A stretch of DNA of 23,695 nucleotides. It comes from Thermoproteota archaeon. GTDB lineage: Archaea; Korarchaeota; Korarchaeia; Korarchaeales; Korarchaeaceae. The notes under the pieces were generated by a model, which did no database searches, was not told the origin of the DNA, and worked only from the letters and a program-made list of their open reading frames with translations. The stretch spans positions 1 through 23,695 of the forward strand of contig JAOZFI010000032.1 in assembly GCA_027491395.1 (NCBI GenBank). The letters run 5' to 3'. Of this stretch, positions 7,920 to 15,697 are shown piece after piece. Each line of letters opens with the position of its first letter. Position 1 is the stretch's first letter. The position numbers were made by a program, and so were the translations under genes.

Positions 7920-8699
7920 GAAGAGCATCAGGTAGAAGCCCGCAAGCAGTCCGACAGTGGCCTTAAGCTCGGACGAGCCCTCCCTATAAATCTCTGGTAT
8001 GGCCTCCTTCAGGGTTACGTAGAGCATCGCCCCACCTGAGAAGGCCATGCCGAGGGGGAGGATCACCCTGAAGTAGGAGAAGAGAGATGCGCCCACTAGA
8101 ACCATTACCATCTCACTGAAACCGCTGAGGGCCCCGACTAAAAATCCCATCCACCTGCCCCTGAGTTCGGCGACAGGGAGGGCCACAGCCAGTCCCTCAG
8201 GCATGTCCTGAACGCCTATCGCCACTGCCGTGGCCACGCCCACCGGGACTGAGTAGGCCATCGTCGTTCCCACCGCAAGACCCTCAGGCAAGTTGTGTAT
8301 GATCATGGCCATCGCTATCAGCCAGATCCTCCTCAACATCCTCCTCCCATGTTCGGGTCCCTCGTATCCCTTGAGGAAGTGTTCATGCGGGAGCAGCTTG
8401 TCCACAGCGAATATGGTGAGAACACCAAGAAGTATTCCAGCGCCAACCACGATGAAGTCCGTCATCTCTAGCGCTGGCAGTATCAGGCTGGTGAAGCTTG
8501 CTACGAGCATGACCCCGGCTGCGAACGCTAGTGAGAGGGTCATCTCCATACCCTTGCCCTCCCTCCTAACGAGAACTGGTACAGATCCTAGGGTGGTAGT
8601 CATGGCAACGAAGAGTCCAGAGTAGAAGCTCGCCACTATCACATCTTCCCCAGAGAGATCTCTGAGCATTGAGATGGCGAGATCAAGTAACGAGCTCAC
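7902..8699 (-). CDS. ZIP-family (GufA/ZupT-like) metal transporter
   Basis: LAFAAGVMLVASFTSLI, LPHEH, IIHNLPEGLAVG, AIGVQDMPEG, GGAMLYV..EAIPE; GGTGA RBS before the GTG. Confidence 0.93.
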   Translation of the reverse strand: MSSLLDLAISMLRDLSGEDVIVASFYSGLFVAMTTTLGSVPVLVRREGKGMEMTLSLAFAAGVMLVASFTSLILPALEMTDFIVVGAGILLGVLTIFAVDKLLPHEHFLKGYEGPEHGRRMLRRIWLIAMAMIIHNLPEGLAVGTTMAYSVPVGVATAVAIGVQDMPEGLAVALPVAELRGRWMGFLVGALSGFSEMVMVLVGASLFSYFRVILPLGMAFSGGAMLYVTLKEAIPEIYREGSSELKATVGLLAGFYLMLFLDSML

Positions 8700-8733
8700 A
8701 GGATCACCACCTTCAATGACTCAAAAATCTTTA

Positions 8734-9252
8734 CTACTCCCTCTCCCGTACATCCCCTAGAGCCGTCGCTATCAGACGCGAGGATGACCAGCATCCTAAG
8801 AACATGAGTATGAGACCTATTATGGCAGGGACCGGATAGGGGATCACTACCAGACCGCTACCCATGACTACCAAGAGCCCTCGGATCTTCAACCCGTCTA
8901 TCCGGAGCAGTGAGGACATGAGAATCAGGGACGATCCGGTGAGCAGATAGATCACCGCTTTGGATAGGAGGACCGATAGGCCCGTGGTCTCCGATGGCCT
9001 GATAATCCATATTGCCAGCTCACTTACAGCCAATACGAGGATCATGAGTGCGGAGTAGACGATTAGCCTCTTGGAACTTAGGGACCTCCCGACCATGTAC
9101 GTTGATGCGGAGAGGTAGAGGAAAGAGGTGAGGAAGTTCATCTCGACTATGGCCAGCACGGGCAGGCTAGGCATGAGGACCGCTATGACGACCAATGCAG
9201 GATAGAGGGAGGCCATCATGAGCGCGGCCGATATGTGCTCCAGAGATTCCAT
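8734..9252 (-). CDS. Hypothetical membrane protein (paralog of 9338-9889)
   Basis: 172 aa, about 6 TM; AT-rich promoter-like segment upstream; visible similarity to the neighbouring gene. Confidence 0.7.
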   Translation of the reverse strand: MESLEHISAALMMASLYPALVVIAVLMPSLPVLAIVEMNFLTSFLYLSASTYMVGRSLSSKRLIVYSALMILVLAVSELAIWIIRPSETTGLSVLLSKAVIYLLTGSSLILMSSLLRIDGLKIRGLLVVMGSGLVVIPYPVPAIIGLILMFLGCWSSSRLIATALGDVRERE

Positions 9253-9337
9253 TTCGACTACTATCTCATTCTATAATAAAAAGCAAAATGGGAGAGCATC
9301 TCCTCGATAGGAGCCTCGATCCCCTCATAATGCACCA

Positions 9338-9889
9338 CTAGATTTTGGCTCGGTCCCTATTTGCTCTATCGACCTCTCTCCGCTTGGACAAGGCTAGTAC
9401 CATCCTGAGATACTGACTTATCCCTCCTAGGCCTAGGCTGAGAAGTAGCAGCGCGATCAGTACGATGAAGCTTTCCCTTATCACGATGAGGAACGACCCC
9501 AGAGCGACCAGACCACCAAACCTGTCCAACTTTCCAACGCCAGTCACTTTAGCGACGCTGTGAGCGTATAACCCCATTACGAGCATGGAAGCGACAGTCC
9601 CCAAATTTGACATCATCCCAGAATGGGGGTTGGGGATCAGGGCAGCAATCAGTAGGACCGCGCTCATTCCCATCACTAGAGCCGAGAGCAAAGTCCTCCG
9701 GGGATCCGGCCACCTGACCTTCCAAAGAAATATCGAAGCCAGCGCGACAGTTAGTGTCAGGTAAAGGTGGAGCGCGAGGGACAGTCCTACCAGATCGGAA
9801 GTGTAGGATATTAGCGACAGCAGCGGGAAGAAGGCCATCATCCCCGAGATGTCCGCGAGCCTACTCAACCAGACGGCCTTTACTTCCAT
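9338..9889 (-). CDS. Hypothetical membrane protein, possibly DUF996-like
   Basis: 183 aa, about 6 TM; GAGGGAG RBS; segment VAKVTGVGKLDRFGGLVALGSFLIVI. Confidence 0.7.
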   Translation of the reverse strand: MEVKAVWLSRLADISGMMAFFPLLSLISYTSDLVGLSLALHLYLTLTVALASIFLWKVRWPDPRRTLLSALVMGMSAVLLIAALIPNPHSGMMSNLGTVASMLVMGLYAHSVAKVTGVGKLDRFGGLVALGSFLIVIRESFIVLIALLLLSLGLGGISQYLRMVLALSKRREVDRANRDRAKI

Positions 9890-9940
9890 TAAACTCCCTC
9901 TCAGTAAGGGTGGCCAGATGAGAAGGTAAAAAGAAAGTGA

Positions 9941-11530
9941 TTAGAGGGAAGCGGCCTCTCTAGCCAGCTCCCTCTCCACCTTATCGAGCTCCTCGAAGTA
10001 CTTGGGATCTCTCTCTTGGAGGAGTTTTATCCTCTCGACATAGAGTTCCTCGGAATTCTTAGTGAGCAGATCCCTAACGGAGACGCCGAGCTTCCTAGAC
10101 CCGAACCTGAGGGCCCATACAAGCAAAGCCACCCAGAGCAGGATATAGAGGGCCCATATCATCACCTGCCCCGTTCTGTCCATGGTTATGAGCGCTGGCA
10201 GGAATGTGGTCGGGGAATAAGAGCAGCAAGCCATCAAGCCGTCCCAGAAGTCCCTGGCAAGAGTGTAGGGCAGATAGCCTAGGTAGAAGAACGGCCATAT
10301 CATTAGTCCAGTTATGTAGAGGAGACCTGTCCTTCCATAGTTCCTGAACTCGCATCCCAGCATGAACACGGTACCCATCCCCAAGAGGAAGCCGCCGAAT
10401 ATGTCCATCGGTAGGGTGGTCATCTCCCTTATAGCTACGCCTGTCTTATGGAACTCCAAACCTGTGGCGCGGGCGAATGCCTCGGCGAATTCCTTCGTGG
10501 CCCAGTGATGACCTTCCATTATGCCGAAGAAGGCGAACCCTATGAAGAACGCGGTGCTGGCTATGATTATGTGAACCGCAAGGGCCGTGAAGGGCTGCAT
10601 TCCCATGAAAATGGTCCTTATGGAGTAGGGCATCTTCCATTTCTTAGCGAACTTCAGTTCGTCCTTCTCTATTATGGGACCCATTTCAGCGTTCAAGACA
10701 GCGCACTCCGTGCCTATCCCGGTCTTGGCAACGCTGGCTCCAAGGAGACCGCCGACCACCATCAACATCACTATGTTGGGCAGGTTTTCGATAGTGATCA
10801 TGTGCTTCGCTATCTTTGTCTTGGCAAAGCTTTCAGCCCATCCCATCTGAACCGCGTAGTCGATGCCGAAGAAGGCATTGGCCAGTATAACTAGAGCGAA
10901 CACCGCCCAGAATGCGTAGAGCAGGATCCTCAACCAGTCTCTTCCCGGGTTGTAGTTGAAGTCCAGTGTCAGGCCGTCGGCCCACCCCCTCTTCTTCGCA
11001 TCCTCCACGTACCACCTCGTATCTTGAGACTTAAAGTACTGGACAAGCCCGAATTTGCTCATTATCATTATACCTATTCCAGCCGCTACGGTCGCGGTGA
11101 TCATCACTACGAAGCTCTTCACGTTCATCGCAGCCCAGCCACCTAGCAAGTGGTGTAGCGTGCACCCTCCTGCAACTCTAGTGCCCCAAGCGAACATGAA
11201 GGCTCCGAGAGCGGTGAATACGAGGAACCCCTTTGGATACCTCACCCAGCTCCTTATGTCCTCCTCTAAGTAGGCGAGGACGAGTCCTGTGATTATTGCA
11301 CCCAGTATCACCCATTGGATATCCGGCTGATAGTCCGGTTTTGTGGCGATAAGGCTGTGTCCCGTCAGCCTGGCCTCCATGCCGGCCAGCATCCTAGCCA
11401 TTCCGGATGTTACTCCTATGAACTTGTGCTTAGGGTGCCCTAAGGGGAGGAACCAGTAATTTATGGCCTCAGCGAGGCCGGTAAGCACGCCAGCGGTCCA
11501 CCAGGGCCACTGCTTCTTCAGGAAACTCAT
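9941..11530 (-). CDS. YeeE/YedE (TsuA) family sulfur-compound transporter with reversed half-order
   Basis: 529 aa; WPWWTAGVL, GVTS, LGAFMFAWGTRVAGGC(123), GGLLGASVAKTGIGTEC(276), FGGFLLGMGTVFMLGC(393). Confidence 0.85.
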   Translation of the reverse strand: MSFLKKQWPWWTAGVLTGLAEAINYWFLPLGHPKHKFIGVTSGMARMLAGMEARLTGHSLIATKPDYQPDIQWVILGAIITGLVLAYLEEDIRSWVRYPKGFLVFTALGAFMFAWGTRVAGGCTLHHLLGGWAAMNVKSFVVMITATVAAGIGIMIMSKFGLVQYFKSQDTRWYVEDAKKRGWADGLTLDFNYNPGRDWLRILLYAFWAVFALVILANAFFGIDYAVQMGWAESFAKTKIAKHMITIENLPNIVMLMVVGGLLGASVAKTGIGTECAVLNAEMGPIIEKDELKFAKKWKMPYSIRTIFMGMQPFTALAVHIIIASTAFFIGFAFFGIMEGHHWATKEFAEAFARATGLEFHKTGVAIREMTTLPMDIFGGFLLGMGTVFMLGCEFRNYGRTGLLYITGLMIWPFFYLGYLPYTLARDFWDGLMACCSYSPTTFLPALITMDRTGQVMIWALYILLWVALLVWALRFGSRKLGVSVRDLLTKNSEELYVERIKLLQERDPKYFEELDKVERELAREAASL

Positions 11531-11562
11531 GCTCTCACTAGTCGTATGACGATATAACGTCG

Positions 11563-11570
11563 TTTATAAG
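11563..11570 (-). promoter_or_regulatory. TATA box for the yeeE-like gene
   Basis: CTTATAAA on the minus strand about 33 nt upstream of ATG 11530. Confidence 0.5.
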
Positions 11571-11735
11571 AAGACGTCTGTCTTATTTGCACCGGTGATC
11601 CACGAGCGGGCGCACTATTTGCTGGCTAGATGTCACGGATAAACTAATTAAAGATCATTAAATTGATCATGCCCGTATCATCGCGAGAGAGATTGAGTTA
11701 GTGAAGCCATCGATGTGCCACTGGTCGACCGACAG

Positions 11736-12197
11736 TCACTTGGACTTGGATCTGAGAAATTCGAGGACCTCCACCATATCGGGCTTCTCCCCCAGAGGAT
11801 ACTCCCTAGCGTAGACCACCCGACCTCCTTCATCTACAACGATAACCGCTCTCCCCGAAATCCCCCTCTCCTCGTTGAACAGCCCGTACGCACGCGCAAC
11901 CTTTCCATGGGGCCAGAAGTCCGATAGAAGCGATGTCTTTACTACACCCATGTGCTTGGCCCAAGCTCTCTTCGTTGGAACCGGGTCAACACTTATGCTC
12001 AGAGGGATGGCGTTAAGCTCAGATAGCTCGTCGTAAATGGCCTCCAGCTCTTTTACCTGTTCTTCGCAGATGCTTGTCCAGGCGAGCGGATGGAATGAGA
12101 GGATTACCTTCTTCTCCCTGAAGTCCGAGAGTCTGACCTCCTCACCGAACTGGTCCGGAAGGGTGAAATCAGGGGCCTCTGATCCAACATAGATCAT
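11736..12197 (-). CDS. 1-Cys peroxiredoxin, AhpE-like
   Basis: APDFTL, FHPLAWTSIC (PxxxTxxC), LLSDFWPHGKVARAYG, GRAVIVVD; only one Cys; GGTGA RBS. Confidence 0.92.
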   Translation of the reverse strand: MIYVGSEAPDFTLPDQFGEEVRLSDFREKKVILSFHPLAWTSICEEQVKELEAIYDELSELNAIPLSISVDPVPTKRAWAKHMGVVKTSLLSDFWPHGKVARAYGLFNEERGISGRAVIVVDEGGRVVYAREYPLGEKPDMVEVLEFLRSKSK

Positions 12198-12237
12198 GAA
12201 TTCACCATAGTTATAAATAACATGATATTGATAAATA

Positions 12238-13455
12238 TTACCATCTGCCCTTAACGATCAACTCGAGGACTTGAACGAACCTCTCCACCTCCTCCTCGGT
12301 ATTGTACAGATAGAAGCTAGCCCTGATCGTGCCATCTTCTGCTCCCAATCGCCTATGCAGTGGATGTGCGCAGTGAAGGCCCGTCCTGACCGCTATCCCC
12401 TGAGCGTCGAGCAGAGCCCCGACCATATGGGGATCCATCCCCTTCACGTTAAATGTAATTATACCGCCCCTCCTATCCACATCCATCGGTCCGTACAGGA
12501 TTATGCCCTCCAATTCGGAGAGGAGCTTTAATCCCATTCTGGTGAGCTCCTTTTCGTGCTCTCTAACCCTCTCCATACCTATCTTCATAAGGTACTCCGC
12601 AGCCTTAGCCAGCCCTATACCGCCAGCTATGTTTGGAGTCCCCCCCTCATGTTTCCAAGGCAGTTCAGCCCATTCCACTCCCTTTAGAGTGACATCCCTT
12701 ATCGTGCCACCACCAGGTTTGGCCGGCCTCATCTCCTCAAGAAGATCTTTTCTCCCGTAGAGCGCACCCGTGCCCGTGGGGCCAAGCATCTTATGACCTG
12801 AGAACGCTAGGAAATCAGCATCGAGCTTTCTCACATCGACAGGCATGTGGGGCACCATCTGAGCTCCGTCCAGCACCACCACAGCCCCCACCTGATGGGC
12901 CGCCTTGATGGCCCTCTCCACATCTGGGATTGCACCGGTAACATTGGACATGCCGGATATGGCCACTATCTTCGTTCTATCATCGACTAAGGATTCCAAC
13001 TCCCCCATCTTAGGCATTCCCTTGTTGTCCACATCAGCATAGACCACTTTCGCCCCGGTCAGCTCAGCAACGGTTCTCCAAGGAAGCATGTTGCTGTGAT
13101 GCTCCATGACTGTTGTGACTATCCTATCTCCCATCTTCAAGTGATGGAGGGCCCACCCCCAAGCCGCTAGGTTTATGGACTCAGTGGTGTTGGAGGTGAA
13201 GATCACCTCCTCGAAATCAGCATTTATGAACTTAGCTAACGTTTCGTGAGCCCCCTCATAGAGCTCGGATGCCTCCCTGCTGAGATAATGTATTCCCCTA
13301 TGGACATTGGCGTTGAGATTCTCGTAGAACTCTCTTATTGCATTAATCACCTGAACCGGCCTCTGGGTGGTGGCTGCGTTATCGAAGTAGATGAGAGGAT
13401 GATCGTTCACCTCAATCCGGAGGATAGGAAAGTCCTCCCTGACTCTCAGGTCCAT
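12238..13455 (-). CDS. sufS: Cysteine desulfurase / selenocysteine lyase, group II (SufS-like)
   Basis: YFDNAATTQRP, EHHSN, DGAQ, SGHKMLGPTG (PLP lysine), RTGLHCA (catalytic Cys), RASFYLYN. Confidence 0.95.
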   Translation of the reverse strand: MDLRVREDFPILRIEVNDHPLIYFDNAATTQRPVQVINAIREFYENLNANVHRGIHYLSREASELYEGAHETLAKFINADFEEVIFTSNTTESINLAAWGWALHHLKMGDRIVTTVMEHHSNMLPWRTVAELTGAKVVYADVDNKGMPKMGELESLVDDRTKIVAISGMSNVTGAIPDVERAIKAAHQVGAVVVLDGAQMVPHMPVDVRKLDADFLAFSGHKMLGPTGTGALYGRKDLLEEMRPAKPGGGTIRDVTLKGVEWAELPWKHEGGTPNIAGGIGLAKAAEYLMKIGMERVREHEKELTRMGLKLLSELEGIILYGPMDVDRRGGIITFNVKGMDPHMVGALLDAQGIAVRTGLHCAHPLHRRLGAEDGTIRASFYLYNTEEEVERFVQVLELIVKGRW

Positions 13456-13507
13456 AGATCACACCCACAACAATAGTTTTAGATGGGAGACGCTGAAAAC
13501 CTTTCGG

Positions 13508-14164
13508 TTAGGGAAGTGAGGAACCTAAGACTAAGGCCAGCTCTCCCCTAAGGAGGATTCCCTTCTCGCCTCTCGACCTGACGGCTCCGAACACACCGCC
13601 GAAAAGGACGCCGCCCAACCATAGATAGAAAGATGCTTTGGATACGGAAGCACCTAGTAGGCCGGCGCCCACATTCAGGAGGAGGTGATAGAACAATTTC
13701 CAGCTCAAGAGAAAGAGGATGCTCGGCAGAGCTGCGATCATCAGGGCCACGAAAAGGGGGCCTGTCACGAATCTTCGGGTTTTCATCACCCTGATGTCAT
13801 GAACTCCATATACCACCTTGGCGCCGAGATCCGCTCCGCTCTTAAAGGCGAAGAAGACGAACAAGGTGAAAACTGATGGGGGGCTGCTCACCAGCAGACT
13901 GATTGCTCCCACGGCCAGCCAGGCTAGGGTGAAGACCCAGTCTAGCCAATTCCTGCGGGCCACAGGGGCGTCGAGGGCTTTAGCGACTCCCCTACTGAAC
14001 AGGGACTGGACCCAGTACAGCACAGTTGGGATGAAGTCTACGATTCCCAAGACCACGGTCGACAGGAAGAAGGTCAGCTCTCCAACCGACATCGGGTGGA
14101 GGGGGGAGTGAAAGTTTAATCGATTACTGGATCCCTCACCAGTCGACGTAAGCAATGTCCACAA
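13508..14164 (-). CDS. Hypothetical membrane protein (start may be ATG 14092)
   Basis: About 5 hydrophobic helices; the first 24 aa are polar and look non-coding; lies between the TusA-like gene and sufS. Confidence 0.7.
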   Translation of the reverse strand: MWTLLTSTGEGSSNRLNFHSPLHPMSVGELTFFLSTVVLGIVDFIPTVLYWVQSLFSRGVAKALDAPVARRNWLDWVFTLAWLAVGAISLLVSSPPSVFTLFVFFAFKSGADLGAKVVYGVHDIRVMKTRRFVTGPLFVALMIAALPSILFLLSWKLFYHLLLNVGAGLLGASVSKASFYLWLGGVLFGGVFGAVRSRGEKGILLRGELALVLGSSLP

Positions 14165-14165
14165 A

Positions 14166-14474
14166 TCAGTCCTTCTTGATGAGGAGAGTGACCAATCCCT
14201 CTTCCGACGAAAGAACCTCTATCTTCGCTCCATAAGCCTTTGCCAAGGCTGCAACTGACTCTATGCTGAACCTAGCGGTCTCGATGGCCACGAGTATACC
14301 TTCTCCTTCCTTGAGTTTTGTGAGGAGGCTGGCCAGCTTCACGAGCGGAACGTAATTGCACTTGTACTGCCGCCCAGTCATAACTACCTTTCCGACCACT
14401 TTGACGTCCTTCAGGGACTGGGGCTGGGATGGAGACCTCAGGGCACCAGTTCCTCCTCCGTCGTCATACGCCAT
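14166..14474 (-). CDS. TusA/SirA/YeeD-like sulfur carrier with an atypical Cys motif (likely start CTG 14441)
   Basis: VVMTGRQYKCNYVPLVKLASLLTKLKEGEGILVAI...SVAALAKAYGAKIEV..EEGLVTLLIKK fits the TusA beta-alpha-beta-alpha-beta-beta pattern; single Cys. Confidence 0.7.
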   Translation of the reverse strand: MAYDDGGGTGALRSPSQPQSLKDVKVVGKVVMTGRQYKCNYVPLVKLASLLTKLKEGEGILVAIETARFSIESVAALAKAYGAKIEVLSSEEGLVTLLIKKD

Positions 14475-15214
14475 ATGGCCTCCACCACATCTCTAGCCGT
14501 TATTATTCCTCTTATCTCCCCCTCGGAGGTGAGGGGAAGCCTCTTTATCCTAGAGCTGGCCATTAATCTCGCGGCTTCAACGAGCGTGGCGCCCGCGTCT
14601 AAGGTCGCGAGATCATAGGTGGAGTACTTGCCCACCGGATCGCAGGGATCGCCTCCGCCCACGAGGAACCTCTTCACAGCATCCCTCTCGGTGAATATGC
14701 CCCTAATCTTCCTCTCCTCCTCCACCAAGAGGCTACCTACTCTCTCTACCTTCATTATCCTGACGGCTTCCCTCACACTAGCTTGGAGATGGATCTTCAG
14801 GACCTCCCATGTAGCGTAGGGTTTCAAGGGGGGACCTGTCGTGGTGGTCTCAGCGTAGGCTCTCGCTATATCAGCTGCCGTAACGACGCCGACAAGCTGA
14901 CCATCGTCGAGCACCACTAGCCTAGCCTTCACCTTCATCATCGCCCTAGCAGCATCGGCCACGGTCTCGTCCGGCCTGAGCACCCCGTATCTTCTGCTCA
15001 TGACATCCTCCACCTTTACCTGGTGAGGAGTCAGCCTAGCTGCGATTATCCCGGTCATTACATCCCTCTCCGTAAGCAATCCAATAATCTCGCCTTCCTT
15101 AAGAACGATCGGACTCCAGACATCTCTCTCGCTCATCCGCTCCAGTGCCTTAGCTACCGTGATATCGGGACTCACCACCAGCGGATCTCTACTCATGAAC
15201 TCCCTTACTCTCAT
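14438..15214 (-). CDS. CBS-domain protein (two Bateman pairs, four CBS motifs)
   Basis: Four repeats ending IIGLLTERDV, LVGVVTAADI, IRGIFTERDA, IRGIITARDV. Confidence 0.93.
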   Translation of the reverse strand: MRVREFMSRDPLVVSPDITVAKALERMSERDVWSPIVLKEGEIIGLLTERDVMTGIIAARLTPHQVKVEDVMSRRYGVLRPDETVADAARAMMKVKARLVVLDDGQLVGVVTAADIARAYAETTTTGPPLKPYATWEVLKIHLQASVREAVRIMKVERVGSLLVEEERKIRGIFTERDAVKRFLVGGGDPCDPVGKYSTYDLATLDAGATLVEAARLMASSRIKRLPLTSEGEIRGIITARDVVEAIWRMTTEEELVP

Positions 15215-15259
15215 CGTTCCTCAACTATATGGAGGAAGGACGAGATAATTAATCATTAT

Positions 15260-15285
15260 GAGGATGTTACAATTGTTTATTCCTC
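15260..15285. promoter_or_regulatory. Symmetric palindrome upstream of the CBS-tusA cluster
   Basis: GAGGA-N4-ACAATTGT-N4-TCCTC. Confidence 0.45.
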
Positions 15286-15329
15286 TATCTCCAAATCTCT
15301 CATGAGGGGATGAGGGTGGAGGGCTTGCG

Positions 15330-15488
15330 TCATCCGACCATCCCCGTGCAGCTAGTGGGGAAGGCGGGCCTTATCACCACCTTATCCCCGTCAGCCTCTA
15401 TCTTGACGACCATGCCGTCCCTCCACCCCAGAGCTTCGAGCACATCGCTGGGCAATCTCACTAGACCCCTGACGAGCCTAGTCTTCAA
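15330..15488 (-). CDS. Small AbrB/MazE-family DNA-binding protein, orphan and possibly truncated
   Basis: GGTGA RBS then TTG 15488: LKTRLVRGLVRLPSDVLEALGWRDGMVVKIEADGDKVVIRP; 52 aa; no toxin gene follows. Confidence 0.65.
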   Translation of the reverse strand: MKTRLVRGLVRLPSDVLEALGWRDGMVVKIEADGDKVVIRPAFPTSCTGMVG

Positions 15489-15656
15489 CCTCTCACCCCC
15501 CTGTAAAAGAATTTTAATATTGTGGACGAGGCACAAAGGTAGAGAAGTACAAAAGTACCTACCTGTAAAAGCACCGCTTTTAGCCAATATAACTTTTTCC
15601 ATGTCGGATTCGAGCTCGTCCCCCAGAACGCCTGTGCTCTGTTAGTTTCCTGTAAG

Positions 15657-15697
15657 AAACTAATATTTATATATTAGTTTTCGTTAGTATACTAACG
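15657..15697 (+). promoter_or_regulatory. TATA box embedded in two perfect palindromes
   Basis: AAACTAATAT-N4-ATATTAGTTT (15657-15680) spans TTTATATA (15666-15673); CGTTAGTATACTAACG (15682-15697) ends on the G of the GTG start. Confidence 0.7.

Noticed and set aside
15330-15332. TGA read-through as selenocysteine in the AbrB ORF or the sulfur cluster
   Set aside because: No TGA aligns with a catalytic Cys position; all relevant residues are Cys codons and no SECIS was recognised
15489-15602. N-terminal extension of the 90-aa ORF 15330-15602
   Set aside because: Covers promoter-like AT-rich DNA; the RBS and AbrB fold begin at TTG 15488
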